DNA of 63,557 nucleotides, filler included, from Octopus bimaculoides (GCF_001194135.2; 5 parts of 5 records of this genome joined end to end with filler, not necessarily neighbours in it), one strand, 5' to 3'; positions 10,812 to 23,715 are shown, counted from the first letter of the whole stretch. Notes: generated by a model not told the origin, from the letters alone. Program-made: numbers and translations.

Positions 10812-12527
10812 AGAAAAAATATAGTAATCTATTATTATATCCATAGGCGGATATTTTTAGTATGAAGTGGTAAAGAGTGTGATGTGCTGAAAAAAAGAGA
10901 GAATAGTACTTGAAGAGTAGTTTCATTCCAGTGGTAAATATCCGTGTAGAAATTCGTGCAAATTAATCCTTGTGTGAATAATCCGGAAATTTATGTTAGA
11001 ACGAAAGTTGATATAGCTTAGCTGGCAGAGGTATATATATTCCATCTTGCAATAGATTTTTGCTTGTTTTCATACAACGTTTTCATCCTGTTCATACAAC
11101 GATTGGGGCAAAGTAATCGGTATACAGCACTTACTCGGTATTACCTGTATCCTCCGGGGTTTNNNNNNNNNNATAATAATAATAATAATGATGATGATGA
11201 TCATGATCATGATGATCATGATGATAATAATAATAATAACAATAGTTTTAATAATGTTAAATGCTACTATCACTATTCTCTAATGTCAAATTAGAATTGT
11301 CAGTCGATAGACAATGTTCTGCTACATCTCTGATTACATTCTAACTGTTCCAACATAGACACATTTCATTAGATGCACGGACACACACACACACACGCAC
11401 CCATCACTCAATCATCTATTTTACAGCCATACTATATATCTATCAGATATGTCTGTCATGTGGCTTCAATGATACGTCCATTAGTGATATTGACGGTTAG
11501 TTCTACTGCCGCTATTGTTCCTATTAGTGGTGGTAATGGTGGTAATGGTGGTGGTGGTGGTGGTGGTGGTGATGGTGGTATGGTGGTGGTCGTGGTGGTG
11601 GTCGTGGTGGTNNNNNNNNNNNNNNNNNNNNNNNNNNNNNNNNNNNNNNNNNNNNNNNNNNNNNNNNNNNNNNNNNNNNNNNNNNNNNNNNNNNNNNNNN
11701 NNNNNNNNNNNNNNNNNNNNNNNNNNNNNNNNNNNNNNNNNNNNNNNNNNNNNNNNNNNNNNNNNNNNNNNNNNNNNNNNNNNNNNNNNNNNNNNNNNNN
11801 NNNNNNNNNNNNNNNNNNNNNNNNNNNNNNNNNNNNNNNNNNNNNNNNNNNNNNNNNNNNNNNNNNNNNNNNNNNNNNNNNNNNNNNNNNNNNNNNNNNN
11901 NNNNNNNNNNNNNNNNNNNNNNNNNNNNNNNNNNNNNNNNNNNNNNNNNNNNNNNNNNNNNNNNNNNNNNNNNNNNNNNNNNNNNNNNNNNNNNNNNNNN
12001 NNNNNNNNNNNNNNNNNNNNNNNNNNNNNNNNNNNNNNNNNNNNNNNNNNNNNNNNNNNNNNNNNNNNNNNNNNNNNNNNNNNNNNNNNNNNNNNNNNNN
12101 NNNNNNNNNNNNNNNNNNNNNNNNNNNNNNNNNNNNNNNNNNNNNNNNNNNNNNNNNNNNNNNNNNNNNNNNNNNNNNNNNNNNNNNNNNNNNNNNNNNN
12201 NNNNNNNNNNNNNNNNNNNNNNNNNNNNNNNNNNNNNNNNNNNNNNNNNNNNNNNNNNNNNNNNNNNNNNNNNNNNNNNNNNNNNNNNNNNNNNNNNNNN
12301 NNNNNNNNNNNNNNNNNNNNNNNNNNNNNNNNNNNNNNNNNNNNNNNNNNNNNNNNNNNNNNNNNNNNNNNNNNNNNNNNNNNNNNNNNNNNNNNNNNNN
12401 NNNNNNNNNNNNNNNNNNNNNNNNNNNNNNNNNNNNNNNNNNNNNNNNNNNNNNNNNNNNNNNNNNNTATATATATATGAAAAGAAAAAGTGCCTGGATC
12501 AACGCTTGCACATGTTGAAATGATATA

Positions 12528-12560
<33 letters not shown>

Positions 12561-12570
12561 TACTACTACT

Positions 12571-12636
<66 letters not shown>

Positions 12637-12694
12637 CAATGGATGGGATTGATGAATATTTTACTGCATCGCTAATTCCATCCATGGATTATTA

Positions 12695-13185
12695 ATATTG
12701 TTATTATTATTTTCTCTTTATCACAGGTTTTGTCAGAGCTCCTGGAGTCTTGCTTGCGTAGCGGCCTTACTACATACAGCCTACGGTGCCATGCTATTCT
12801 TTCTTTTCAACTATCTAATACTTTCATGATTATTGTGGACGTGCAAAGGAGGTAAACCGTTTGTAACAGTTCTACTGGGCACTGCACTCTATTCAAATTT
12901 CTTTTATGGTCCTCTTCACGCCTTCTGATACCGTTCCCAAGGACCCAAAAACAATTGGCACTATCTTTACCGTCTTCATTTTCCATAGCTGGGGTATTTC
13001 GTACTTAAGTGGGTTGTACTTATCTATCTTTTCGCCTTCCTTTTCGATTATTCGTGGGTCAAACGGGCATGCAACGTCAACCATATAGCATATGTGGTGT
13101 ACCTTGTATACCACCACTAGGTCCGATCTGTTTTGCTCTAATACCTGATCTGTTTCGATTGGGAAATCTCAGAGATTTTGCTATG
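12695..13185 (-). mobile_element. R4/Dong-clade LINE 3' fragment (restriction-like endonuclease domain and TAA tail)
   Basis: DFPIETDQVLEQNRSDLVVVYK...CYMVDVACPFDPRIIEKEGEKIDKY.PLKYEI..LW......VPIVFGSLG is a PD-(D/E)xK RLE; it ends in TAA repeats. Confidence 0.85.
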
Positions 13186-13497
13186 CTACGTGTATGCATG
13201 TAAACACCTATGTGTATGTGATGATGAGGTTGCGTACACATATACATATATATATAAATGTGCGCGGATATGTGTGTTTCTATGACAACGTACATACACA
13301 TATCTGTTTGTGTTTGTGTATGTGCATGTACGTATACATATTTGTGTGTGTGCGTATGTAGACGTTGTGAACGCAGGAGGTTTATGTCTATGTATTGTGA
13401 GAACATGGTTGCGTGTATTTTTTTTCTTTTTTTCTTTTTTCATTTTTCTACCTATTAGAGTAACTTCCCTTTTATTCCACGATTTATCATAGCGTCT

Positions 13498-13575
13498 GTT
13501 GCCATTAATAGCCGACGAAAATGTATCGTAGCTCTTCGCTCCGACATTCGAAACTCCGAGTACTATAATGACAAC
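13498..13575 (+). ncRNA. Type I hammerhead-ribozyme-like motif with CCGACGA core and long stems
   Basis: Stem I GTTG.CATT(A)ATAG / CTAT AATG.CAAC (12 bp, one bulge, one mismatch). Core CCGACGA at 13512-13518. Stem II AATGT/ACATT with inner CG.AGC/GCT.CG. Then GAAAC T CCG A GT A. Confidence 0.75.
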
Positions 13576-13714
13576 CTTTTACTGTTTGTTCTAAATTATA
13601 ACATATACAAATAATCCCCTATTTCTCTAATATCCTGGTCTCGTTCTATTTTATTACCTTTTATTATTATTATTATTATTATTATTAATAATATTATTAT
13701 TATTATAATTATTA

Positions 13715-13837
13715 TTATTAATGGTAAGGGGGGAGTTATGAGCTCTTTTAAGGAGCAAAGAGGTAAGTTGGAGAAGATGTGCTACATGGAAGGGTGGACC
13801 TGAGTCGCCGGAAGGCTCGGAGAATGGTGGGGGACGG
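13715..13837 (-). mobile_element. Short Penelope-like fragment similar to the 55.1 kb RT-EN linker
   Basis: GGACCTGAGTCGCCGGAAGGCTCGGAGAATGG resembles GGACTGGAGTCGCCGGAAGGCTGGAAGAATGG at about 55090-55121. Confidence 0.55.
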
Positions 13838-13941
13838 CCGTCTTTCAGTTTCCGTCTACCAAATCCACTCAAAAGGCGTAGGTCGAATCAATGCTATAGT
13901 AGAAGGCATGTGCCCAAGGAGCCACGCAGTAGGACTGAACC
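13838..13941 (-). mobile_element. SINE A 5' fragment abutting the PLE fragment
   Basis: GGTTCAGTCCTACTGCGTGGCTCC...GTAGACGGAAACTGAAAGA on the minus strand. Confidence 0.8.
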
Positions 13942-14730
13942 TATGATGAGATATTTCATTTGATTTTACATGAGTCTAACACGGATATTAATTACCAAGT
14001 TGTTAATCACATCACTGATTACTGAATTTTATTTCATTCAATTTTTTTATTTCATTACTCAATTTTTATTCCATTACATGATTTCTATTTCATTACTCAA
14101 TTATTATTTCATTCTCCATTCCTTGCAAATGCTAAATAGTTATGATTTGATTGATATCCAGTTGCCATTTCTAGTGGATGAAGAGACATTCAGAAGCACT
14201 CTCATTCAGTTTTAGTTTTTGAGAAAGTAGACTCAAAATATACAGACTATTTATTCTGTTCTTAGAGGACTCATCAAGCTGTCTTGCTTGATATCTTCAA
14301 ATGTGTAACGTCTTACTGATAGTTAGCATTAAACAAGATTTGTACTTTAAATAAAGCTACATGAGACAGCCATGTTTCCCTCAGAGCCACCTGACTGGTA
14401 TACTAATCAAATTATGACTATAATATTTTAGAATATGTCATATGAGTGTATATGCGCGTACGTATGCGTTTGCGTAGTGTATCTGTATGTGTGTAATTAT
14501 ATTTCTGTATAGTGAATGTATTTTTTCACGTATACGTATGTATCTATATATCGTATCGCTTTTTGAGAGAGTACCATTGATAGGAAAACAATAATGCTAA
14601 TGGTGTATGTCAAATATTCTGGTAAAGTGATATTTATTTAATTATTCACGTCTCTATGATCATGAGATGTATACGCACTCGCACATACAGGCATAAATAT
14701 AAACGCATAAACACACATATACGCACACAC

Positions 14731-15107
<377 letters not shown>

Positions 15108-15428
15108 CAACATCAGAAGAAACGCTTCATTGATTAAAGTTGCACTTTAATAAATCGCACCTAGTACCTAAGTATAACATACATTAAATCTATTCGATAT
15201 ACAATGTTCATTGTAAGAACACTACGACTTCTATGTACGCTAAATACATTGTACTAAATACATTTGTACTAAATTACATTTTTACACCTAAAGTATTCAG
15301 GTTATTCTGCTTTTATTAATTCCGATATTAAAATACGCTTTTGCTGCCTTCATTCTCCTTTTCTACATAAGTTCTCTATCTCGACCCCGTTTTCTCCCTT
15401 TCTATCTCTCCCACTCTCACTCTCCGGG

Positions 15429-15489
<61 letters not shown>

Positions 15490-15786
15490 NNNNNNNNNNN
15501 NNNNNNNNNNNNNNNNNNNNNNNNNNNNNNNNNNNNNNNNNNNNNNNNNNNNNNNNNNNNNNNNNNNNNNNNNNNNNNNNNNNNNNNNNNNNNNNNNNNN
15601 NNNNNNNNNNNNNNNNNNNNNNNNNNNNNNNNNNNNNNNNNNNNNNNNNNNNNNNNNNNNNNNNNNNNNNNNNNNNNNNNNNNNNNNNNNNNNNNNNNNN
15701 NNNNNNNNNNNNNNNNNNNNNNNNNNNNNNNNNNNNNNNNNNNNNNNNNNNNNNNNNNNNNNNNNNNNNNNNNNNNNNNNNNNNNN

Positions 15787-15834
<48 letters not shown>

Positions 15835-15838
<4 letters not shown>

Positions 15839-16293
15839 GATGTGTGTGTGTGTGTATGCGTGTGTAAACCCGCAGAGCTTCTGAATTTCACAACTGATTT
15901 TCTCCAAACTAGGAGCATACGTTACTTATGGTTCAGAGATGGTTTTAGACTCTTAATTTTTTTCAGATAATAAGTAATGGGGCCTCTGAGGGCAGAAAAT
16001 CCCCTTTCTTGTGGTACGTATGACTTCCCGCATGGTCCACGCATTGCTCCTGTTCAAACTGAAAAAAAAACTGCCACTGAAATTATATAAGTAGGTTGTA
16101 TTAAATGGATGAACTGATGTAGATTCAAACTGCGTAGTACGACAGGTTGCAATTTGGAACGCACTATTTTTATAATGAAAAAAAAAATGCTAAAATGTGT
16201 AAAATCCTGAGCAACTATTCAACTATTTTCTTTAGCTTCAGCATCAAAGTCTTCCTTCTAAGCATAGACGAAGCCCGTACAAATATTCTGCAG
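15835..16293 (+). mobile_element. Possible degenerate non-autonomous Helitron/DINE-like element
   Basis: Starts TATATGAGGATGTGTGTG...GCTTCTGAATTTCACAACTGATTTTCTCCAAACT and ends ...GCCCGTACAAATATTCTGCAG, which resembles the TATTTCTGCTAG end of the 10.2 kb Helitron. The hairpin is decayed. Confidence 0.35.
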
Positions 16294-16514
16294 CTATTGA
16301 TTACAAACGGAAATATCTCGTGTATATTAACTTACTAATTTATGGTGTCTAAGACCTAACCACGTTAGTTAGAGAACTTGTCATCAATGTTTCCTTGCAT
16401 GCCCGGACCCTGCATGCAGAATTGTTTGCGTTTGGGTGCTGACTTGTCCTCACAATGGTTGCACGCTGTTTATGCGCAGGATCGCATGGTTGAGCCATGA
16501 CTATCGATTCCCTA

Positions 16515-16580
16515 CCACGTCAGCATCAACGTCACGTGACCCAATCACGTTTGTTAGAGATCGTGTCCTTAATGTGACGT
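16515..16580. promoter_or_regulatory. Dense cluster of transcription-factor motifs (UPRE/CRE-like, GTCACGTGAC E-box palindrome, CCAAT box)
   Basis: CCACGTCA 16515-16522, ACGTCA 16529-16534, GTCACGTGAC 16531-16540, CCAATCAC 16541-16548, TGACGT 16575-16580. Function is unproven. Confidence 0.4.
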
Positions 16581-16708
16581 TGCTTACTCCGACTCTGCAT
16601 GCAGAATTGTTTTCGTTTGGGAGCTGTTTACACAAAGGGGTGCTAGGTTGATCCACGACTATTGATTTCAAACCGAAATATTGCATGAGAGTTCTCAAGC
16701 GCTTTCTT

Positions 16709-16938
16709 ATTTCTTTATTGCCTACACGGGGATACACATAGAGGAGACAAACAAGGACAGACAAACGGGTTAAGTTGATTACATCGACCCCAGTGCGTGA
16801 CTGGTACTTAATTTATCGACCTCGATAGGATGAAAGGCAAGTCGACCTCGGGGGAATCTGAACTCAGAACGTAACGGCAGAGAGAAATACCGCTAAGCAT
16901 TTCGCCCGGTGCGCTACCGCCTCTGCCAGCTCACCGCT
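16709..16938 (-). mobile_element. SINE B, full length, long-tail subtype
   Basis: Head GCGGTGAGCTGGCAGAGG; tail ...TTTGTCTGTCCTTGTTTGTCTCC...AATAAAGAAAT. Confidence 0.9.
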
Positions 16939-18009
16939 TTCTTGCCAATCCCCACCCTTTACCACGTCATTTCTTTTATATATATTTCTCTCATGTGGTG
17001 CTTTGAGCACCACATGAAAGAAATCTACATAAAAGAAATTTATGTGATAGATTAAGCCACAGGCTTAATTTCAACTGTTTTCATCGACCCTGAAAAGATA
17101 AAATGCAGAGTCGTCCATTTAGTAATTTGAACGCTAAACGTAAACAGGACAAAATGCTGTTAAGTAGAGGGACTCTTTTAGATGTAAGGTTTCTTTTACG
17201 GTGTCCAAAGCGATATCTGCACGGCTCACTCTCCTACTCCTTCTGGTTTTCTCCTTTTTATCTCTGTGACAATCTGTCATTATATATTGTTTCCATTTTT
17301 TCTCTCCTAATTACAAAAGACTGCAACAGTAATACTAGGGACAGTGATTCCGGTTCCATCAGCATCGGGGACTGAAATCAAAGTGAGCTCCCCGGTGTCA
17401 TCGCAGTAGCAACCTTCTGGAACGACAAGTTGTGCTGCTGGGAAGGTAACCTTCAGCACCCGCCGTTTTAGATTACTGCTTCTACTGTTGTCCATAAAGA
17501 CGACTTCAGTGGAATTTGAAATCAGAACTTAAAATGTCAACTAAATACTGACAGACATTCTGTTCTAGCTCTAAAGACTCAGCCAGTCACGCAATATTGT
17601 CAATTACATGCATGCAGAGATGATACGAATGATATTCAGACGTAAAATAATTATGTCTAGTATAATTCCATGTAGTACAGCTAGTATTGGCGTGATAAAG
17701 AATTTCGCTTCTCAACGCCAACTTAATTTCTGTTCGATCTCACTATGCCTTATCTTAGATATGTCCCTTCTTTCATAGCCATGCGAAAGAAATTTGACTT
17801 CACAGAATCTCTGCAGTAGCTCGGCAGTAAAAGTTTTCCTAGTTTAACTCCATCACATGGCTCTTTTTCTTCATGTAGCGGAGTTCCTCTGTTTCCTGTC
17901 TTTCTGTTGACGTTTTCTGCTGGTTTTGAAATTGTCATTGAATCTATCCTTACTTATCTAAGACAATTCTTTCTGATATGGTCAAGGAGACTTATATTTT
18001 GTAGTGGAA

Positions 18010-18182
18010 GGATAAACTGATTATATCGACCCCAGTGTTCAGCAGATATTTATTTTATCGACTCCGAAAGATTGAAGAGTAAAGTCTACTTCAGTAGCAT
18101 TTGGACTCAGAATGAAACCATGGAAGAAATGTCGCTAAGCATTTTGTCTGGCGTGACAACGATTCTGCCAGCCGCCGCCTTT
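18010..18182 (-). mobile_element. SINE B, diverged
   Basis: AGGCGGCGGCTGGCAGAATCGTTG head on the minus strand. Confidence 0.8.
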
Positions 18183-19445
18183 TGCCAGTCTAAGATGTTA
18201 CGAAGGATAAAACAATGAATAGTCTTGATTAGGAAGTTCAATAAAGAGCTCTTTCATGTCGCGTCTTCTTATTATCCTTGTGATATGTAACACCACATTT
18301 TTCGGTGTGGTCAGTCAGTTAAGATGGTAGATAAATTTTGAAAGAATCGTGACTATCATTTCTAGCAGGTCGAACGAGCGAGTAAAGTTTTCCTCACTGT
18401 TTTGACATTTACTGTATGTTGTTGTGGTTGTTGCTTAAGACCAAGGAACCTCCAAATGACAGATTTATAATCAAAGCGTTCCATTGTTGACGATCCCAAT
18501 TTATGCAGTTATATATTATGAAACGTGTCAATCATTTTTAGATTAGCACGGTATAATATTCCAGTGTGGAAATGGGCTGTTGTTTTTAACATATCAAGCG
18601 ATCATGTAGATAATTTCTAGTTGTGGAGACATTTAATATAAAGTTAATTAAGTTGTGTATTTTATTTATATATGCAATGTTTCCAACATGCAAACTGAGA
18701 ACTTTGACAGTCAGCTATTAAGAAAATTCTTCAACGATGAAAATGCATGCAGTAATGTAAAGATTTACTTTGCTGGAAGCTCATTTATTTTCCTAATCGC
18801 TTGCTAGAACTCTTAAATATATATTAATCATGAGTCCATATACAAAAATGCATGCATGTATATAATGAAACATGAACAGTTAGAAGCATACAAACATATA
18901 TATATTTATGTATGTATGTATGCATGCACATACAAACACACACTCACACACACATACGTATGTATGTAAGTATGTTCGTATTTGCAGGTATGTGTAACAG
19001 AAAATGTTTAGATGATATTCATATTATGTTCCCTTCATCCACAGAACAGTTTCTAGCTGCTACATTTAAGTTGCTGTCATATAAATCATGCACAACAATG
19101 TAATATTGTGTGAGGTCGGGCAATATTTTTAACGGAGATTAATTAGCTTTGAGAAGTGTTGGGTAATGAAATCACCTGCACCGAGATGCAAATTTTCTCA
19201 TATATTGCTGGTGATGCGTGTAACCATGACAACAGGAATTCATTTATAGAGAAAGTCTGAGGTCAGTACCTAATGTCATATTTGCATAGATTTACGTATA
19301 TACTTACGTTTCAACTTGGAAACAGAATACATATTCACTTTAACTAGTTTCACGTAAGTATGTACATTGACAGATAGAAATATAAAACAACTTTTGCATC
19401 CACACAGGCAAAGAGACACAATTATTTAGGATATATATATATAAT

Positions 19446-19767
19446 GAAGGCGCGTAGTTTGGTGGTTAGGACATTCAGCTAACGATCGTAAGGTCGTGAG
19501 TTTAATTCCCGGCCACGCGTTGTATCCTTGAACAAGCCACTTTATTTCACGTTGCTCCAGTTCACTCAGCTGGCAAAAACGAGTAGTACCTGTATTTCGG
19601 AGGGCTGGCCTTGTCACACTTTGTGTCACGCTCAATCTCCTTCAGAACTACGTTAAGGGTACACGTGTCTGTGGAGCGCTCAGCCACTTGCGCGTTAATT
19701 TCACGAGCAAACTGCTCCGTTGAAGTATCAAATAGGACCCTCGTTGTCGTAACCGACGGATTGCTCC
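19446..19767 (+). mobile_element. SINE family C (or close relative), near full length
   Basis: tRNA-like head GGCGCGTAGTTTGGTGGTTAGG...GAGTTTAATTCCC. Body GAACTACGTTAAGGGTACACGTGTCTGTGGAG is shared with 45.8 kb. Confidence 0.88.
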
Positions 19768-19786
19768 TTTTATATATATATATATG

Positions 19787-19845
<59 letters not shown>

Positions 19846-21499
19846 TTGTGTGAATGTGGGTCAGTGTGGTGAAAGAGAAAGAGAATGAATGAGAGGAACA
19901 GAAGGAGAGAGAGAGAGATTTATGTGTATTGATATAGCTATATGACATTATCTTAGAATGCAAGGGATATGAAAGGCAAACGTAGAAACATTGTCGTGAT
20001 CAATTTGTCTGTCGCCGAATATTGCACACCATAAATTACCGGACGCAATAGAAGTGTATATTTTGTTTATCTAGAAAGTTTTTACCTTGAATGGCGGGAA
20101 ATTAAGCGGAAACTCTGAGCTCATGTCTAATTGTTCCCATAAACAATAATTATGTAAAATATTTTATGAGCCGATCCTATTAGGCGTGTCACTGCTTTCT
20201 CTTTTGTTTTTATACATAGGGTCCATAATTGGATGTTCGTTTATCTAGACATCACTCGAGCAAGAACAATGTGATGCACGAAAGAAAGTTCTAACTAATT
20301 TCTCATTTCTTTACGTTGTAAAGGAAAGGGATAGAAAGAAGGCTGACTGACGTGTTGGTTAGTTTTCTTTCATCAAAACGCTGCGAAAATAAAACATGAT
20401 GTGAAGAGATGCCATATGATCTCCGTGGCATTACAGGAAGAGAGGGGGGAAAAGAAAATGATTAACAGCAAAAAATATGAAGACAAAGAGAAATGAGTGT
20501 GACAGTTTGGAGAGATATAGCGAATTTGAAATATGTGTGAAGTACGTTTCTATATGAAGCAAAAGCGAATTAACATCATGAGCAAAGTCATGCGTGGAAT
20601 GTGTGTAGCGAGTGTAAGCGCAATAGTAGAGGAATTAATGTACGGTGGTAAGATTAGTAAGAAATGACATCAAGGTGTCATATTATGTTGGTGTGGATGT
20701 TTGGTGGATTAGACATGAAGTGCCCATCAGTATAGGAGTAGAGTCGGTAAATAATGTGGAGTACGTTTATACGTATAGATGCACGTGTGTGCTATAAAGG
20801 AGAATTAGTGCGTAGTGATATTTGCCGTTAAGTGTTCATATGCTTCTTTATGCAATGTGTATTGGTGAGACATGATATTATGCAGTTAGTATGAGTTGGA
20901 CATCTTTGCATTTGCGAATTGGTTTATCGTAGATAGACGATAAAATGTGTAGTAATATCATATATGTTTTTTTATGGGTAGAAATATCAGGTTTAATGCT
21001 TGAGTAGTGGTCATCAATGCAAGTAGAGGAAGGCAAGTTAGTTATTTATATGATTAGATTGTTACCAATGACGAACCAGATAAATGGAACTTGAAATAAA
21101 TGATAGTAATCTCGAAACAGCGAGATGCAGATATACGTGACCTGAGAATTTCGGTGATGAGCCATAGGTCTGTGTGGTGTGGGATTCTGGCATAGCATAT
21201 CGAACAAATATTGCCGCAAGGGTCGACTAGCTTGCAACTAATTCCCTTATATACCATAGAGCACCGGTTTGGCATTTAGTATTGTACATAGCATTTAGGG
21301 ACGATGGGACACATATTACAACAGGAGCAGAATCAGAAAAAGAACCAGTTTGGGTGTATGGAGCATTAAAGGGACTGCAAACCAGTTTGGAGTTGCATCT
21401 GAAGGATAAAACAAAAGCGTGTGCTCGTGAAATATGGGAAGTAGCAGGTTCGAATAAAGGAGAGGGAAGTCAAACTGGCTGAAGTAACAGATGTCAAAT

Positions 21500-22090
21500 T
21501 GGGAAATAGGAGATAAAGTAGAACTTTGGGCTAGGTATTTCATTAAACTCTCGAGTTCGATACGCGCAGTCTTCCACACTTATCAGTCCTCTTCCTCCAT
21601 TTGCTCTCTTCATGTATAGGTGATCAGTGTCTGTACGTGGATGATGGGCTCCATGCATAGTTAGGAGCTTTCTTGAATTCCTGTCCATCTCCTTTAGCCG
21701 CGCCTCTGTCCACTTCAGGATTCCAGCCCCACACCGAAGTACGGCGACTGCGTACGAATTTATTGGCGGAATTATGTTTCTGGCATTCATCTTTGGAGCC
21801 AGTATTTTTCTTCACTCATTGCTGGTGCTCACTTTTTTGTCTTTTCCTTCATGTCGTGGTGTTTGATTCCATCTGCCTCAAGTATTCCCAGGTATTTATA
21901 GCTGGATTGAGGTTGAATTGCCTACATCATTTCACCATTTGGCAACTAAATGCCTTCCGTCCTGGCAAGCTTTCCTCGTCTCATCACCATCGTAGCACAT
22001 TTTGAAAGTCCAAACTCCGTCTTAATACCATTGATGAAAATCCGCAAAGACTGGATTAGGCTGTCCAGTTCTGACTCGGTTTTTCTATTA
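21500..22090 (-). mobile_element. R4/Dong-clade LINE fragment, C-terminal RT region, decayed
   Basis: KTESELDSLIQSLRIF..GIKTEFGLSKCA..VMRRGK; YKYLGILE.DGIKH; MNARNII..INSYAVAV; HHPRTDTDHLYMKRANGGRGLISVEDC. Contains frameshifts and stops. Confidence 0.85.
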
Positions 22091-22094
22091 ATAT

Positions 22095-22925
22095 TATTAT
22101 TATTAAATGAAAACTCACATCTTATCTTGCTGGCCATGGAGGAAAGTGTCGGTTGTCCACAACCAGCGGTCAAAGGTGTCACTTGTTCACTGGTCATGCT
22201 TCAAGAACCCTGCGAAGAATTCTTGCAGTTCCAACCAATGCTGATTTTTATAGGTGTTCTACCGTCACACTTGCGCTGATCTTTTTCGGCCATGCTGGTA
22301 GTTGGGTGCTGATAATTCCAAGTGCACCAATTACTATTGGTATCACCTCTGCTCTCTTCATTCGCTACAACCTTCGCATTTCCCAATTTAGATCGTCGTA
22401 CTTGTTTTATTTTTTTTCTTTCACATTGATCCTGTAGTCCCCGAGGCATACTATGTCGTTAATCATACATGTTCTTTCTTTTTCATTCACCACAACAATG
22501 TCCGTCTTCCCAAATCTGGTCCGGTGAACGCACTGGATCAATAAATCCCACAAGATTTTGCAATTCTCATTTTCGGTGACTCCTTCTGGTGTTTGTTCAT
22601 AGCACGTCTTTGCTCTTTATAGGCCATCATTTCCACAGGGCTACCAGTGGATCATTCTTACCACATTGTCATGGTGTCGTCTGTATTCGTGTTGTGCCAA
22701 TTTCGAGCATTCGCTAACGATGTATTTTACGGTTTCACCCCTCTCACCACACATTCTGCAATTGTCGCTATCGGTAGCGTTGTCTATTCTACATTTCCTA
22801 TAACTGGTCCTTATCACTTTTTCCTGAGCTGCGCATATGGGTGCTTCTGTCTCTATCTTCAGATCACTCCTCCTCATCCATAGCCACCGGGCCTCTGTAT
22901 CTGTCTTGGCGTTCACATCTCTTGC
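22095..22925 (-). mobile_element. R4/Dong-clade LINE 3' fragment: CCHC-type zinc knuckle, RLE region and TAA tail
   Basis: WLWMRRSDLKIETEAPICAAQE...CRMCGERGETVKYIVSECSKLAQHEY..HHDNVVRMIHW; the 3' end runs into TAATAATAATAAT. Confidence 0.85.
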
Positions 22926-22930
22926 ATCTC

Positions 22931-22991
<61 letters not shown>

Positions 22992-23046
22992 TATTATTAT
23001 TATTATTATTATTAATGTTGTTGTTATTATTATTATTATTATTATT
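22931..23046. repeat. (TTA)n microsatellite
   Basis: Directly visible; abuts the 5' end of the R4-type fragment. Confidence 0.95.
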
Positions 23047-23677
23047 CAGTAGTTTTATTTTTATAACGTACTTTCACTTCNNNNNNNNNNNNNNNNNNNN
23101 NNNNNNNNNNNNNNNNNNNNNNNNTTAATTAATTAANNNNNNNNNNNNNNNNNNNNNNNNNNNNNNNNNNNNNNNNNNNNTTCTATCTCTCTTTCTTCCT
23201 CCCTAGGTATATATTTACATGAATTTTTAGCGTTGGTTGAATAGGACGATGGTTGAAAAGGCCTGGTTGAAAAACACGCAGTCGACTCGAGTCTTGCAGT
23301 AAATTCCACTCTGCTTTTAGTACAAGTATTGTTACCACATTAGTAAATACGCTCCATTGTTATTCTTTCGCTAGCTTTAAAATAATGAACTCATTCAGCA
23401 CATACTCATACACACGCACGCACGCACGCACGCACACACACATGCACACCCACACAAACACACCCACCCACCCACTCACACACACACACACACACACATA
23501 TATATGAATATATGTATTTTTCTATGCATGCATATATTTATATGACTACGCATATGCACATGCCAGTCTCTCCCTCTCTCCCTTCCTCTCACTCTCTCTC
23601 CCTCCCTCCCACTCTTCCTCGCTCTCTCTCTCTCTCTCCCTCCCCCTCTCTCTCTCTCTATATATATATATATACAT

Positions 23678-23715
<38 letters not shown>

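Noticed and set aside
15967-16013. Candidate 47-nt exon with a good acceptor
   Set aside because: It lies inside a probable Helitron-like repeat and is not frame-preserving.
17330-17382. Candidate 53-nt exon (ILGTVIPVPSASGTEIK, donor AAA|GTGAGC)
   Set aside because: The acceptor is weak, with no partner exons or recognisable protein.
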